A stretch of DNA of 64,000 nt from Candidatus Poribacteria bacterium. GTDB lineage: Bacteria; Poribacteria; WGA-4E; PCPOR2b. Numbering within the stretch: the first letter of the stretch is position 1; every line of letters begins with the position of its first letter. Where the stretch lies: the NCBI GenBank assembly GCA_965208325.1, contig OZ242326.1, forward strand, positions 4,160,001-4,224,000. Direction: 5' to 3'. The translations under genes were made by a program, and so were the position numbers. The notes below the pieces were generated by a model that saw nothing but the letters and a program-made list of their open reading frames with translations, had not been told where the DNA came from and did not search any database. Positions 10,778 through 21,100 of this stretch are shown piece by piece.

Positions 10778-12091
10778 GGTTCTTCAGGGTTAAGTGTGGG
10801 AATGAAACTTGCTTTATGCAATTACGTTTTTCCTATGCGTGTAAGTTGATTTCAATAATCCCCGATATAGTTCTGGAGTCTGCGATGTATACCCTTTTAA
10901 CACAGTTGCTCGACATTCCCAGCTACCAAGTGATTTCTGCCGATATTAGGAGCGATAAAATCACGTTGGACATTGAATCGGTATCTCAGACAGTGGCATG
11001 CTCTCACTGTGGCAAAACCTCAAAAACGTTGCACGAAAGACACCCTCGCATCGTTCGCGACCTTCCTATCAGTGGCAAGCCGACTTATCTTCGCTTTATC
11101 AGACGACGATTCTTTTGTCAAGATTGTCACCGAGTGTTCTCTGAATCCCTAAGCTTTGTCGACGAGCGACGCGATTACACCCATCGTTATCAGGATTGGA
11201 TATTCCGCCAAGTTCGAGAGAACAACATCAGCGCGGTACACCGTGCTGAAGGACTGACTTATGACCAGATTGAAAGCATCTTCCTCCACGAAGCGAGATG
11301 TCGCATTCCCTTAACTCCCTTTGCCAATCTCAAACGTTTGGGTATTGATGAAATTGCGTTGCGTAAAGGAAGAGGAGACTTCGCTTTGATTCTGACGAAT
11401 CTGGACACAAAAGGGGTCGTTGATGTGCTCAAAGCGCGAACCCAAGAGAAACTTAGGGCGCGACTTGAACAGGTATCGCCTTGTGAGCGTGCACAAATTC
11501 AAGAAGTCGCCATCGACATGTGGAATCCCTATGATACGGTCTGTGCTGAATTGTTGCCCCACGCGGTGATTACTGCCGACCGGTTTCATGTGATGCAAGC
11601 GGTCAACCGGGAACTCAAGCTGTTGAAGAATCAGCAAAAGCAGGCGCACCCCCAAATACTGCAAGGTGCTCATTATGCGCTGTTAAAGAATCGTCAAGAT
11701 TTAACCGATAAGCAGCAAGCGGTGCTTGAACACGTTTATCAGGTGTCGCCTTTGGTCAAGACGGCTCATCGGCTCAAGGAGTGTTTGCGACATATCTTCG
11801 AGTGTAAGTCCACTAAAGAAAAGGCGATTAAGCGCCTGCGGAAGTGGAGCCTTATTGCTGAGAAAGCGGGGTTGTTTCCACAATTCCGTCGGACACTAGC
11901 AAACTGGGAGCACCAAATTGCCAATTACTTTTGCCACCGTACGACTAGTGGCATCGTCGAAGGCATTAACAATAAAATCAAGCTCATCAAGCGCCGGGCT
12001 TTTGGGTTTCGCAACTTTGAGCATTTCCGAATCCGTGTCATTGTGGCATTCCTATAGCTAAGCTCATTACCACACTTAACTCTGAAGAGCC
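10778..12091 (+). mobile_element. Complete ISL3-family insertion sequence
   Basis: 28-bp inverted repeats GGTTCTTCAGGGTTAAGTGTGGGAATGA (10778-10805) and 12064-12091 (3 mismatches); 8-bp target duplication TTATTATT at 10770-10777 and 12092-12099. Confidence 0.95.
10885..12057 (+). CDS. ISL3-family transposase
   Basis: Zn ribbon CSHC...CQDC, LGIDE, AIDMW, DRFHV, EGINNKIKLIKRRAFGFRNF; ATG after GGAG inside the IS. Confidence 0.95.
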   Translation: MYTLLTQLLDIPSYQVISADIRSDKITLDIESVSQTVACSHCGKTSKTLHERHPRIVRDLPISGKPTYLRFIRRRFFCQDCHRVFSESLSFVDERRDYTHRYQDWIFRQVRENNISAVHRAEGLTYDQIESIFLHEARCRIPLTPFANLKRLGIDEIALRKGRGDFALILTNLDTKGVVDVLKARTQEKLRARLEQVSPCERAQIQEVAIDMWNPYDTVCAELLPHAVITADRFHVMQAVNRELKLLKNQQKQAHPQILQGAHYALLKNRQDLTDKQQAVLEHVYQVSPLVKTAHRLKECLRHIFECKSTKEKAIKRLRKWSLIAEKAGLFPQFRRTLANWEHQIANYFCHRTTSGIVEGINNKIKLIKRRAFGFRNFEHFRIRVIVAFL

Positions 12092-12163
12092 TTATTATTG
12101 AACTCGTTGGAGACGTGTAACCGTCATAGCGGAAGGAGGCAGCGAAAGGGGGTTTAACCGACG

Positions 12164-13177
12164 GTGTCAAAATGGAAAAGTGAGAGACCATCGAATTGTA
12201 ATAATCCCTTTTTCTTACCGTATCATCGCATAAATTGCCCGCCAACCCATCGATTGGCACTCCTAATTTTCTTAATTTTCATGGGTATAGCCGGTCTATC
12301 TAATTGGACACATGCCGCGTTCGACGATCAATTCGTGGGGGCGCGTGCATATGCGATGGGAGGCGCGTTCGCGGCGACAGCGAATGAATCGGACGGTCTA
12401 CTCGTAAATCCGGCGTCAATCTCGAATCATTCCGTGCCGCGGCAGTTGTCTGCGACAATGGCTAGACTCCATGTCGGCTTGACCGACGAGACTTCAATCT
12501 CGCAAAGCTTGATCAGCTATACCAATCCAGCTCCTCTCAGAAGTTCAATCGGGTTGCTTTGGAAGCGGTTGAACGTCAGCGCACTTTATTCGGAGAATTA
12601 TTTGGTCATGGGATTGAGCAAGGGTTTAGCGTTTGGAACGAATGAAGAACGCCGTCTGTCAATCGGAGCGGCGTTAAAGCTGTTACATTGGGACACGGCG
12701 CCTACAATTGGGACAAGCGGTTATATTGTAGAGGATTTGCCGGGCTCAAGCCGGTTTAGCTTAGACGCAGGCGTGGTTTTTCGCCCGTCCGAGAATATTC
12801 CGCTTGCGTTGTCGGTTCAGAACATCAATACGCCCAACATTGCTTCGAAGTCGTCGAAGATTATAGAGGATTTGCCGGCGCAGGTGACGCTTGGCATCGG
12901 AATATTGGGGCGGCGGTCTACATGGGGGATGGATTTGGTATTCAACCGCAGCCAGACTGATGTCAAGATTGGGATTGAGCAACAATTCTATGATGGAAGG
13001 GTGTTGCTGCGCGGCGGATTTCGGTTGGAAAACCTCGCTTGGGGCGCAAATCTGACGCTCGGGGGAGGGTATCACTTGAACAGTAGTGTTCGAATGGATT
13101 ACGGCTCGGCTTTTCCGATTGGTGGCATTGTAGACACGTACGGCAGCCATCGAGTTAGCCTTGTATATATTTTATGA
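12164..13177 (+). CDS. PorV/PorP(SprF)-like outer-membrane beta-barrel protein
   Basis: GARAYAMGGAFAA...NPAS N-terminal signature, amphipathic beta-strands, C-terminal SHRVSLVY; start uncertain. Confidence 0.7.
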   Translation: MSKWKSERPSNCNNPFFLPYHRINCPPTHRLALLIFLIFMGIAGLSNWTHAAFDDQFVGARAYAMGGAFAATANESDGLLVNPASISNHSVPRQLSATMARLHVGLTDETSISQSLISYTNPAPLRSSIGLLWKRLNVSALYSENYLVMGLSKGLAFGTNEERRLSIGAALKLLHWDTAPTIGTSGYIVEDLPGSSRFSLDAGVVFRPSENIPLALSVQNINTPNIASKSSKIIEDLPAQVTLGIGILGRRSTWGMDLVFNRSQTDVKIGIEQQFYDGRVLLRGGFRLENLAWGANLTLGGGYHLNSSVRMDYGSAFPIGGIVDTYGSHRVSLVYIL

Positions 13178-13239
13178 TGCAATCGAGCAGCGGTAGACGA
13201 GTGGAATGCGTGATTGGAACAGTCTAAGAAGCACGGAAT

Positions 13240-15585
13240 ATGAGTATAGGAGCAATCATGCGTCGCGCCTCACACATAATCCGTACCGCATTGCACCTGA
13301 TGCTATGGTTGTTAGTCTGCGCCCAATTTTTGGGTTCGGCGCACGCACAGCGTGTGGACCCACTGGGAAATCCTGTATTTGATAAGAGCGGCAAAGAACT
13401 CTATAGGATTCAGGCAACGTTTGGCGTGTTAGGAGGCGATTCGACGTTGCGCCGTGATGAGGAATTTCGGAAAAAGACAAGTAATCGAAACTTTTTCACG
13501 TTCAACATCCCCAGCGAAAGCGTGCGCCACCAGTTGACTGTCGGCAATTTTCCGACAAAATTTTCCAGCTTTACGTTAAACAAGGAGCTGTTTGATGCAG
13601 CACGCTGGAATATTTCGATTCCGAAAGCGCGTGGAGGAATATCGGCGTTTGTCGGGCGGGTGACCAACAATACGTTTGACATTTTAGGAGAGCGTGCTAC
13701 CCCCATCGAAAACGTTGATATTACGAGTACCGCCGATTGGTTCATGGTCGGGTTCCGAGCGGAGGCAAATCTTGGCGCTCACGATATCCGGCTGGGGACG
13801 TTACCAGATCTAACGTTGCCATTGCCTCGGCTCGGCATCAACTATGTGAATCGTTTTTTTACAAACTACGACCTAACTCGTACAACGAATCCATTTCGAG
13901 GGGTCACCGTCGCCAATCCGCCGCCTGAACTATTTCTCCGCTTCAGTGACGCTTCACCGGAAAACCCCGGCGGCGGGAAAGTTTTCCGTGTGCGCGTTTT
14001 CGTTGACGGCGCCCTTGAATACGAGATATTCGGCGGGAAAGAGCCGCCGGGCGTTCTGCTCCTCCCGCACCAGAGCCGACGGGATCATCAGTCACGCTGG
14101 GTGGATGGCGAAGGGTCGTTCACGTATCGATTTCTTCTTTTCAACCCACAGGAAATCAGAAGCGTGCGGTTTGAAGTCGATATTGCCAATGATTATCGGG
14201 TTGAATTGTCGCCGAACAATCGGGACTTTCAATTGGAACTCAGCGCCGCAGGCAACGTCAAAGACGAGTCGAACCGCCAGGTACACAGATTTTACTACGG
14301 CGAATTGACAGATGAAACCACAATGGGTCTCGATTTCCATACGACGCTGTTCGGTATTTCGATTGAGGCGGAACGCGCATGGTATTCACAGACGAGGCAG
14401 TATCCTATTCTGAACGGGCGAAGCACACAGCGAACCACCGGCGCATGGTTCGTTGATGTGAATCGAAATTTTGGCCCCCTTACCTGGCGCAGCGAATATA
14501 CGCGAATCGATCCCTTTTATACGGCGGACAACTTCGTGGACGACAACGATGATGACGATCCATACGCAGATTCGCGTGAACCAGAGATTTTGATTTCTGG
14601 AAACACAAAGGACGATCTGGATGGCGACCGCATTAAAGATTGGGATGACGATTTTCTACTTTTCTTTGCAGACCCGCCGAGATTTCGCTTGGGACTCAAT
14701 CGCGAATCAATTGATTTTAACAACAATGGCGAGCCGGATAATCTTGAAGATGATGACAAACCCAACTACCGATACGATTACGACAGAGGTTCTTACGGCC
14801 ATCACACCTATTTTAAGCTGGATTTACCATTCACCGCAGGACTTTCGGTTATACCCGGATATTATTCGAAACACTTGATTCTTGAACATAAAAGTGCAAG
14901 AGGATGGTATAATATATTTGCATACGCGCCGAATCGGATTCTTCACTTTGGAACGGTTAAATTCCGCCATACCCTTCGCCGTTCGCGCGACATTATCCCT
15001 GATGACGTTGTTATTCGCAGCACTGGGGAACAGATTGAGGACAATTTGGCGCTTCAAAACTATCTGAGCAATATCTTCACGATGATTGTCGATTACGACA
15101 ATATTGAGAACCTCACTATCGTCAGCAAATTCAAATATCAGCGTGATGCGCTGTTTCACAGCCGCCAGCACGTTATTGATACTGCGTTGATTAACCAGAT
15201 TCGATATGACTATAGAGTGCGCGATGATCTCACGGTCGCGCCCGCTTTTAGGAGCGACCGTACAATCGGTTATATCGTCCCGTTAGATAAACTGATGTCA
15301 GTTGATTTCATCCGAAATGCCTACATCTTGACCTTGACGCATCAAGTTGCGGCACAATTGCAATTGAGCGCCGGCGGGCAGTTTCTCACGTGGCGTGACT
15401 TTAACGATTCTCAGAATAATTTCAACCGCACGGTCGGCTTCTTAGAGCTGGTGTTACAGGGCGATGTCTTCGGTCAGAAGATGGGGCTTTTGATTGCTTC
15501 CGACTATATCATTCAAAGCTTTATTGAACCCATCGGCGGCGCAGAAAAACGCACAAATATCGGGATTTCGTTGTTTTTATTATAG
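13240..15585 (+). CDS. Large secreted/outer-membrane protein with acidic Ca-binding-like repeats
   Basis: Signal peptide; DDNDDDD, DLDGDRIKDWDDD, DFNNNGEPD motifs; beta-rich C-terminal half. Confidence 0.6.
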   Translation: MSIGAIMRRASHIIRTALHLMLWLLVCAQFLGSAHAQRVDPLGNPVFDKSGKELYRIQATFGVLGGDSTLRRDEEFRKKTSNRNFFTFNIPSESVRHQLTVGNFPTKFSSFTLNKELFDAARWNISIPKARGGISAFVGRVTNNTFDILGERATPIENVDITSTADWFMVGFRAEANLGAHDIRLGTLPDLTLPLPRLGINYVNRFFTNYDLTRTTNPFRGVTVANPPPELFLRFSDASPENPGGGKVFRVRVFVDGALEYEIFGGKEPPGVLLLPHQSRRDHQSRWVDGEGSFTYRFLLFNPQEIRSVRFEVDIANDYRVELSPNNRDFQLELSAAGNVKDESNRQVHRFYYGELTDETTMGLDFHTTLFGISIEAERAWYSQTRQYPILNGRSTQRTTGAWFVDVNRNFGPLTWRSEYTRIDPFYTADNFVDDNDDDDPYADSREPEILISGNTKDDLDGDRIKDWDDDFLLFFADPPRFRLGLNRESIDFNNNGEPDNLEDDDKPNYRYDYDRGSYGHHTYFKLDLPFTAGLSVIPGYYSKHLILEHKSARGWYNIFAYAPNRILHFGTVKFRHTLRRSRDIIPDDVVIRSTGEQIEDNLALQNYLSNIFTMIVDYDNIENLTIVSKFKYQRDALFHSRQHVIDTALINQIRYDYRVRDDLTVAPAFRSDRTIGYIVPLDKLMSVDFIRNAYILTLTHQVAAQLQLSAGGQFLTWRDFNDSQNNFNRTVGFLELVLQGDVFGQKMGLLIASDYIIQSFIEPIGGAEKRTNIGISLFLL

Positions 15586-15646
15586 CCTCAATTAACCCTT
15601 AGTTAAACCGAGGATTTTATTCGGTTCACTGAAAGGAGTAATTTCA

Positions 15647-16612
15647 ATGCAACAGCAATCGTGGGATGATTTGCAGCCGTATATTCGGTTCATCACCGCA
15701 AAACGTGTATTTTGGGTGATACTCATTGTGTTGGCCGTCGCTGCAGCCGCAACGAGTTTTTACACCGTTGAAGCCGATGAGGAAGGTGTCGTGCTCCGGT
15801 TTGGAGAATACGTTAGATCTGTCCCGCCGGGGCTGCACTTCAAGGCGCCGTTCGGGATTGAACAAGCAACGGGTGTCGCGGTCCGAAAAGTTTCGAAAGA
15901 GGAATTCGGTTTTCGCACGCTTCGGGCTGGCGTCCGTACTCAATACGATACTCGAGATTATCCGGAGGAATCACTTCTGTTATCGGGAGATCTCAACATT
16001 GCCGATGTGGAGTGGGTTGTACAATACCGCATTGACGAACCCCGAAAATTTCTGTTTGAAATCCGTAGTGCGAATCAAGCCTTGCGAGATCTCTCCGAAG
16101 CCGTTATGAGCATTGTTGTCGGTGACCGCACGGTCACAGAGGTGCTTACCGTCGGGCGCGAAGAGATTGCCATGGACGTCAAACAAGGGCTGCAACAGTT
16201 GTTAGATTTGTACAATGCGGGTTTACACATCGAAAACGTTACGTTGCAAGATATTAATCCGCCGGAGGCCGTGAAGTCCGCTTTTAATGAGGTAAATGAA
16301 GCGAAGCAAGAGAAGGAGCGGTTAATCAACGAAGCCTTGCGTGATTACAACGAGTCCGTTCCGAAAGCCAAAGGGCTCGCGTTGCAACAGATTTCCGAGG
16401 CGGAGGGGTACGCCCTGAAACGCGTGAACGAGGCGACGGGAGATGCAGATCGATTCAACTCGATTCGGAAAGAATACCAAGGCGCCAAGGATGTAACCCG
16501 GCGCAGGCTTTACCTTGAAACGATGAGTGAGATTCTGCCGAAAGTAAAAGAGATTTATATTATTGACGATGAATCGAACAGTCCCATTCCAATTTTGCAA
16601 CTCGGACAATAA
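15647..16612 (+). CDS. hflK: FtsH protease modulator HflK
   Basis: SPFH domain, GVVLRFG, VKSAFNEVNEAKQ, VTRRRLYLETM. Confidence 0.93.
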   Translation: MQQQSWDDLQPYIRFITAKRVFWVILIVLAVAAAATSFYTVEADEEGVVLRFGEYVRSVPPGLHFKAPFGIEQATGVAVRKVSKEEFGFRTLRAGVRTQYDTRDYPEESLLLSGDLNIADVEWVVQYRIDEPRKFLFEIRSANQALRDLSEAVMSIVVGDRTVTEVLTVGREEIAMDVKQGLQQLLDLYNAGLHIENVTLQDINPPEAVKSAFNEVNEAKQEKERLINEALRDYNESVPKAKGLALQQISEAEGYALKRVNEATGDADRFNSIRKEYQGAKDVTRRRLYLETMSEILPKVKEIYIIDDESNSPIPILQLGQ

Positions 16613-16624
16613 AGGAGATTCGCA

Positions 16625-17593
16625 TTGAACGCAAAAATTTTGATACCGTTAATCATAATCGTTGTAATCGCCATAGTGATTGGTCCTTCAATGCTCTATA
16701 TTGTCCACGAAGGCCGTCAGGTGGTGATTACCGAATTTGGCCGACCGATTGGTGAACCGATTGACAGTGCCGGTTTAAAGATTAAAACTCCGTTTATTCA
16801 GAAAGTCCACCGATTTGAGAAGCGAATCCTCGAATGGGACGCCTCACCAAATCAGATTACGACGAAGGACAAGCGTTTCATCTGGTTGGATACCAGCGCG
16901 CGGTGGCGCATTAAAGACGCGCTTAAATTCTACCAAGCCCTCGGTACGGAGACCGACGCTCAGTCGCGTCTGGACGACATAATCGACTCCGCTGCCCGTG
17001 ATTTGGTGACGGGACAACTGTTGGTCGAGGTGGTGCGCGATTCGAATCGTATCATCGACCTGAACCTCGAAGGACTGGAAGCAGAAGAAGGGGGCGGCAG
17101 CGCTGAACCGTTGGAACGGATTAATGTCGGAAGAGGGCAAGTTGCGCAAATGATCCTAGAGAAAGCGCAGCAGAGCTTGCCCGACAAATTCGGAATCGAA
17201 CTCATCGATGTGCGGATTAAGCGCATTAACTATGTAAAAGAAGTCCAACAGAAAGTGTTTGCCCGCATGATTTCCGAACGGCAGCGAATCGCGGCAAAAT
17301 ACCGATCGGAGGGCGAAGGCGAAGCCGCGGATATTAAAGGGCAAAAACAGAAAGAACTGGAGCGCATTCAGTCTGAAGCCTATAAACAGGCAGAGCAGAT
17401 TAGAGGAAATGCGGATGCCGAAGCGATAAAAATTTATGCGCAGGCGCACGGCAGAGATTCGGAATTTTACGCCTTTCTTCAGACCTTACAGACTTACCGG
17501 GCAACAACGACTGAAAACACGAAGCTAATTTTATCGACGGATAGCGATCTTTACCGATATCTGAAAAAAAGCGGCATTCTGAATCGTCGATAA
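16625..17593 (+). CDS. hflC: FtsH protease modulator HflC
   Basis: DVRIKRINY, RMISERQRIA..RSEG, EFYAFLQTL; follows hflK. Confidence 0.93.
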   Translation: MNAKILIPLIIIVVIAIVIGPSMLYIVHEGRQVVITEFGRPIGEPIDSAGLKIKTPFIQKVHRFEKRILEWDASPNQITTKDKRFIWLDTSARWRIKDALKFYQALGTETDAQSRLDDIIDSAARDLVTGQLLVEVVRDSNRIIDLNLEGLEAEEGGGSAEPLERINVGRGQVAQMILEKAQQSLPDKFGIELIDVRIKRINYVKEVQQKVFARMISERQRIAAKYRSEGEGEAADIKGQKQKELERIQSEAYKQAEQIRGNADAEAIKIYAQAHGRDSEFYAFLQTLQTYRATTTENTKLILSTDSDLYRYLKKSGILNRR

Positions 17594-17780
17594 TGTTTGT
17601 GTAGCAACTAGAATAAACGGCGCTTCGTCCTTTAATTCCACTGACCGGAGCGGCAAAATCTTCAGTGTTGAAAAGGAGATTGTCCGGGTGCGTCTTGGAG
17701 GGGCGTGCCCCAAATTTTCGTTGCGTCCATTTGTTGTCTTAAGATTACGTATCACGACTGACAATTGAGGGTGATGAAGT

Positions 17781-18722
17781 ATGATTCGTTCCCTTCCACT
17801 ATATGAAACCGACAAAGGATCTGCATGCGCTGCGGGCAAAGAATCCGCCCGGTATTCGTCCGGGCGGCGCCATCCGCCCTGGATTCGAGCTCGAATTCCA
17901 GCAGGACCAAACTATGCAGATCTCAAGGCAATGATGCGTGACTTAGAGCTCCATTCAGTCTGCGAGGAGGCACGCTGCCCCAATATCGGTGAGTGTTGGG
18001 AAAATCGAACGGCGACCTTTATGATTTTGGGGGATGTGTGCACGCGCCGCTGCATGTTTTGCGCAGTCACCAAAGGGAAACCTACACAAGTAGACCGTGA
18101 TGAACCCCGGCGGATTGGGGAGGCAGTAGCCTATCTGAAACTCAAACATGTCGTCATTACCTCGGTCAACCGTGATGATCAAGTTGACGGCGGCGCCAGT
18201 ATCTTTGCTGCATGCATCCAAGAAGCGCGCGCCAATAACCCCGATTGCACCGTTGAAGTGCTTATCCCGGACCTTGAAGGAAATTGGGATGCATTAACAG
18301 TAATCCTACACGCAAAACCGGATGTGCTCAATCATAACACTGAAACGGTACCGCGGCTTTATCGGCGAGCCCGTCCCCAGGCCGACTATCACCGCTCTTT
18401 AGACCTCTTGCGCATTAGCAAGGAGGTTGACGGTACAATCCTGACCAAATCGGGATTGATGGTTGGCTTAGGTGAAACAGATTCCGAGTTGTTGCAGACT
18501 ATGCAGGATATTCGCCATTCCTACTGTGACATTCTGACAATTGGGCAGTACCTCGCGCCAACCTCACGACACCTTCCAATTCAAAAGTATTACACTCCAG
18601 AGGAATTCAAAGCGTTGAAAGCCGCGGGCATGGACATGGGATACCGCCATGTGGAGTCGGGACCGCTGGTGCGGAGTTCCTACCATGCGGGAGAACAAGC
18701 TGCATTGTCAATTAGCCGTTGA
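17781..18722 (+). CDS. lipA: Lipoyl synthase
   Basis: CEEARCPNIGEC and CTRRCMFC clusters, VRSSYHA. Confidence 0.96.
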   Translation: MIRSLPLYETDKGSACAAGKESARYSSGRRHPPWIRARIPAGPNYADLKAMMRDLELHSVCEEARCPNIGECWENRTATFMILGDVCTRRCMFCAVTKGKPTQVDRDEPRRIGEAVAYLKLKHVVITSVNRDDQVDGGASIFAACIQEARANNPDCTVEVLIPDLEGNWDALTVILHAKPDVLNHNTETVPRLYRRARPQADYHRSLDLLRISKEVDGTILTKSGLMVGLGETDSELLQTMQDIRHSYCDILTIGQYLAPTSRHLPIQKYYTPEEFKALKAAGMDMGYRHVESGPLVRSSYHAGEQAALSISR

Positions 18723-18746
18723 ACAAAAGAACTCAGTAAAGATTGC

Positions 18747-18775
18747 TTGACATGAAATTCTAATTTCGCTAAGAT
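18747..18775 (+). promoter_or_regulatory. Sigma70 promoter for the LamG genes
   Basis: TTGACA-17nt-TAAGAT. Confidence 0.65.
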
Positions 18776-18876
18776 TGAAGTTGATGCCACGGTACCCTAT
18801 TTATGGGATTCTCAACGGGGTTTAGAATTCGGTTTTAATTGCGGTTGAATCTAGTTGTCAATAAAGGAGGGTTTTG

Positions 18877-19713
18877 ATGTTTCGTACTTTCTCACTTCTA
18901 ATGATAATTTCCATTCTCGCCATGCCGAGCCTCGCTTCAGGTGCGCTGACCGATGGCTTAATATCAGTCTGGAACTTTGACGATGAAACCGCAAGTGACG
19001 CACTTGGCCGCAATGACGGCATACTTAGGGGCGGTGCGGCGTTCTCGGACGGCCCGAGCGGCAAGGCGGTTGATCTCAACGGAGTCGATGCTTTTGTAGA
19101 AGTTCCTCACAGCGATTCCATGAACGGCCTCGAGAATGCATTCAGCGTCACTGCATGGGCATTCTTCCGGGAGCACGGCAATTTTGTTGGCATAGTTTGG
19201 AAAGGAAGACAAGTTGGCTGGGCAGCCGGTTTCACGTTTGAAATTGTAAGCTTAGCAAACAGGAATCCAGAATTGATGGGATGGGGTGCTTGTACTGCGG
19301 ATACCGAGGGTTGGTATCATTCTCTACACCCGCATCTGCAAACTTGGTTTCACGTGGCGCAAATCGCGGACGGCAAAGAACTCCGTTCTTACTTTAACGG
19401 CGAACTTGTGGAAGTGCCCCACGCAGGCGAAACTTGGCTTGGGGCGGCAGGAGTCGGTAAAGTTCCACAGCCGCTCGCCGCACCCTATGCGCTCTTTCCA
19501 GATCAGCCGATACGTATGGGAATGAGCCAAGGTTTAAATAACAACCTAGACACGAAAACTTATCTTGACGGATTCGTGGATGAGGTGATGCTGTGGGACC
19601 GTGCACTCTCAGAAGATGAGGTCAATCAGGTTATGCGGGGCGAACTTGTAGCGGTTGAACCGAAGAGCAAGCTCGCCGTTACGTGGGGCGCACTAAAGGC
19701 ACACCATCGTTAG
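18877..19713 (+). CDS. Secreted LamG-like jellyroll protein
   Basis: Signal peptide, GLISVWNFDD, WFHVA, GFVDEVMLWDRALS; C-terminus AVEPKSKLAVTWGALK. Confidence 0.85.
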   Translation: MFRTFSLLMIISILAMPSLASGALTDGLISVWNFDDETASDALGRNDGILRGGAAFSDGPSGKAVDLNGVDAFVEVPHSDSMNGLENAFSVTAWAFFREHGNFVGIVWKGRQVGWAAGFTFEIVSLANRNPELMGWGACTADTEGWYHSLHPHLQTWFHVAQIADGKELRSYFNGELVEVPHAGETWLGAAGVGKVPQPLAAPYALFPDQPIRMGMSQGLNNNLDTKTYLDGFVDEVMLWDRALSEDEVNQVMRGELVAVEPKSKLAVTWGALKAHHR

Positions 19714-19751
19714 TCTGCCGAACGTCTAATTTGAGAAGGAGGTTATTCACG

Positions 19752-20510
19752 ATGAGAACGATTTTTTATTTTACGGCAATTGCTATTTGTGTACTTGTCT
19801 TTCATCTGAGTGCTCCTGCTGACATTCTAGATGGGCTTGTGGCTTTCTGGAGCTTTGATGAAGGCGAAGGTGATAAGGCTGGAGATTCCATCGGGGAACA
19901 TCATGGAGAAATAGATGGCGCTACTTGGACAGATGATGCCATGGAAGGCACAGCATTGGATTTTTCTCCGAAGAAAGACTCATCTGTAATTATCGAACAC
20001 ATAGAGGGCATCGACGAATTGCCGAGCGGGTTTACGATATCGCATTGGGCAAAACAGCGCGGACGGGGTGCGATGATGGATAAATCCGAGAACGATGGCG
20101 CGAGGATTCAGTGGTTCTTGCTCAATGACACACGCCTGCATTGGGGAATCGGTAATTCCTTTGGGTTCGCCCCCGGACTTGGTGAGGTTAGGCAGTGGAT
20201 GTATCTAACATGGTCACACGAGCCGGGAGACAGCCAGGTGTACATAAACGGCGAAAAAGTCGGCGGCGGGCCAGAAGGGCCTGTTCCGGTAACCGGCCGC
20301 CCCATGTATTTTGGGACCCGGATGCCTTGGCAGCAATTCGGTAAGGAACAGCGGTTCGACGGTATTCTGGACGAAGTGGCTTTTTGGACCCGCCCGTTGT
20401 CAGTCAAGGAAGTTGAAGAAGTCACCGAAAAGGGAATACAGCAAATTCTAGCTGTTTCGCCGAAAGCCAAATTGTCGACAAAGTGGGCAAGCCTGAAAAC
20501 CAAACTGTGA
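19752..20510 (+). CDS. Secreted LamG-like jellyroll protein
   Basis: Signal peptide, GLVAFWSFDEG, FDGILDEVAFWTRPLS; C-terminus AVSPKAKLSTKWASLK. Confidence 0.85.
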   Translation: MRTIFYFTAIAICVLVFHLSAPADILDGLVAFWSFDEGEGDKAGDSIGEHHGEIDGATWTDDAMEGTALDFSPKKDSSVIIEHIEGIDELPSGFTISHWAKQRGRGAMMDKSENDGARIQWFLLNDTRLHWGIGNSFGFAPGLGEVRQWMYLTWSHEPGDSQVYINGEKVGGGPEGPVPVTGRPMYFGTRMPWQQFGKEQRFDGILDEVAFWTRPLSVKEVEEVTEKGIQQILAVSPKAKLSTKWASLKTKL

Positions 20511-20658
20511 GAGTGTTTCGGATGAACCCCAAGGTGCAATAAAATTGCTAGATTGTGGTCTTTAACATCACTCTTCGCGCCGCGAAGAGAATGCAAAACC
20601 CTCGGGCGATCAAACGAAAATCGAGGAAGCCAATACTTGAATACGGTCGAAGTGTAGA

Positions 20659-21096
20659 TTGGCAATAATGACGATGCTGAAAATGACGCGCCCTATCGTT
20701 GATATTGCAATTACGTGCAGCAACTTCAACGAATCGCTTCGATTCTACCATGAACTCTTGGGATTTGAGATAGTGATGGCGGTTGACACTTCAGACGAAT
20801 TGGCAGAAGCGATTGGGCTCGCACCCCGCGGGTTTCATCAAATCCGCTTAAAGGCGGGAAACACGCTGATTAAATTGATGGATATTAAATCCCCGCCGCC
20901 GCCCGCTAATCACGGCTTTGACACGGGATTGGGGTGGTTCACTATTCTCATTGAAAACATTGCCGAAACCGTGGATGAATTGAAGGAGAAAGGGGTGGAG
21001 TTTGTATCTGAGCCGGTCGATGCGCCGGAAGCTGTAGTGGCTTGTGTTAAAGCCCCCGATGGAATCCTCATTGAGTTCGTGCAGCTCAAAAAGTGA
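20659..21096 (+). CDS. VOC/glyoxalase family protein
   Basis: SLRFYHELLGFE, LKEKGVEF, APDGILIEFVQ. Confidence 0.85.
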   Translation: MAIMTMLKMTRPIVDIAITCSNFNESLRFYHELLGFEIVMAVDTSDELAEAIGLAPRGFHQIRLKAGNTLIKLMDIKSPPPPANHGFDTGLGWFTILIENIAETVDELKEKGVEFVSEPVDAPEAVVACVKAPDGILIEFVQLKK

Positions 21097-21100
21097 AGGC

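Noticed and set aside
10735..10884. N-terminal extension of the transposase, or an IS-disrupted gene
   Set aside because: It crosses the left IR; rebuilding the empty site gives MKTNRRRDMPVDYY-stop, so no long gene was interrupted in that frame
17594..17780. Glycine-type riboswitch upstream of lipA
   Set aside because: Only scattered GGAGA-like words; core motifs are not in the right order
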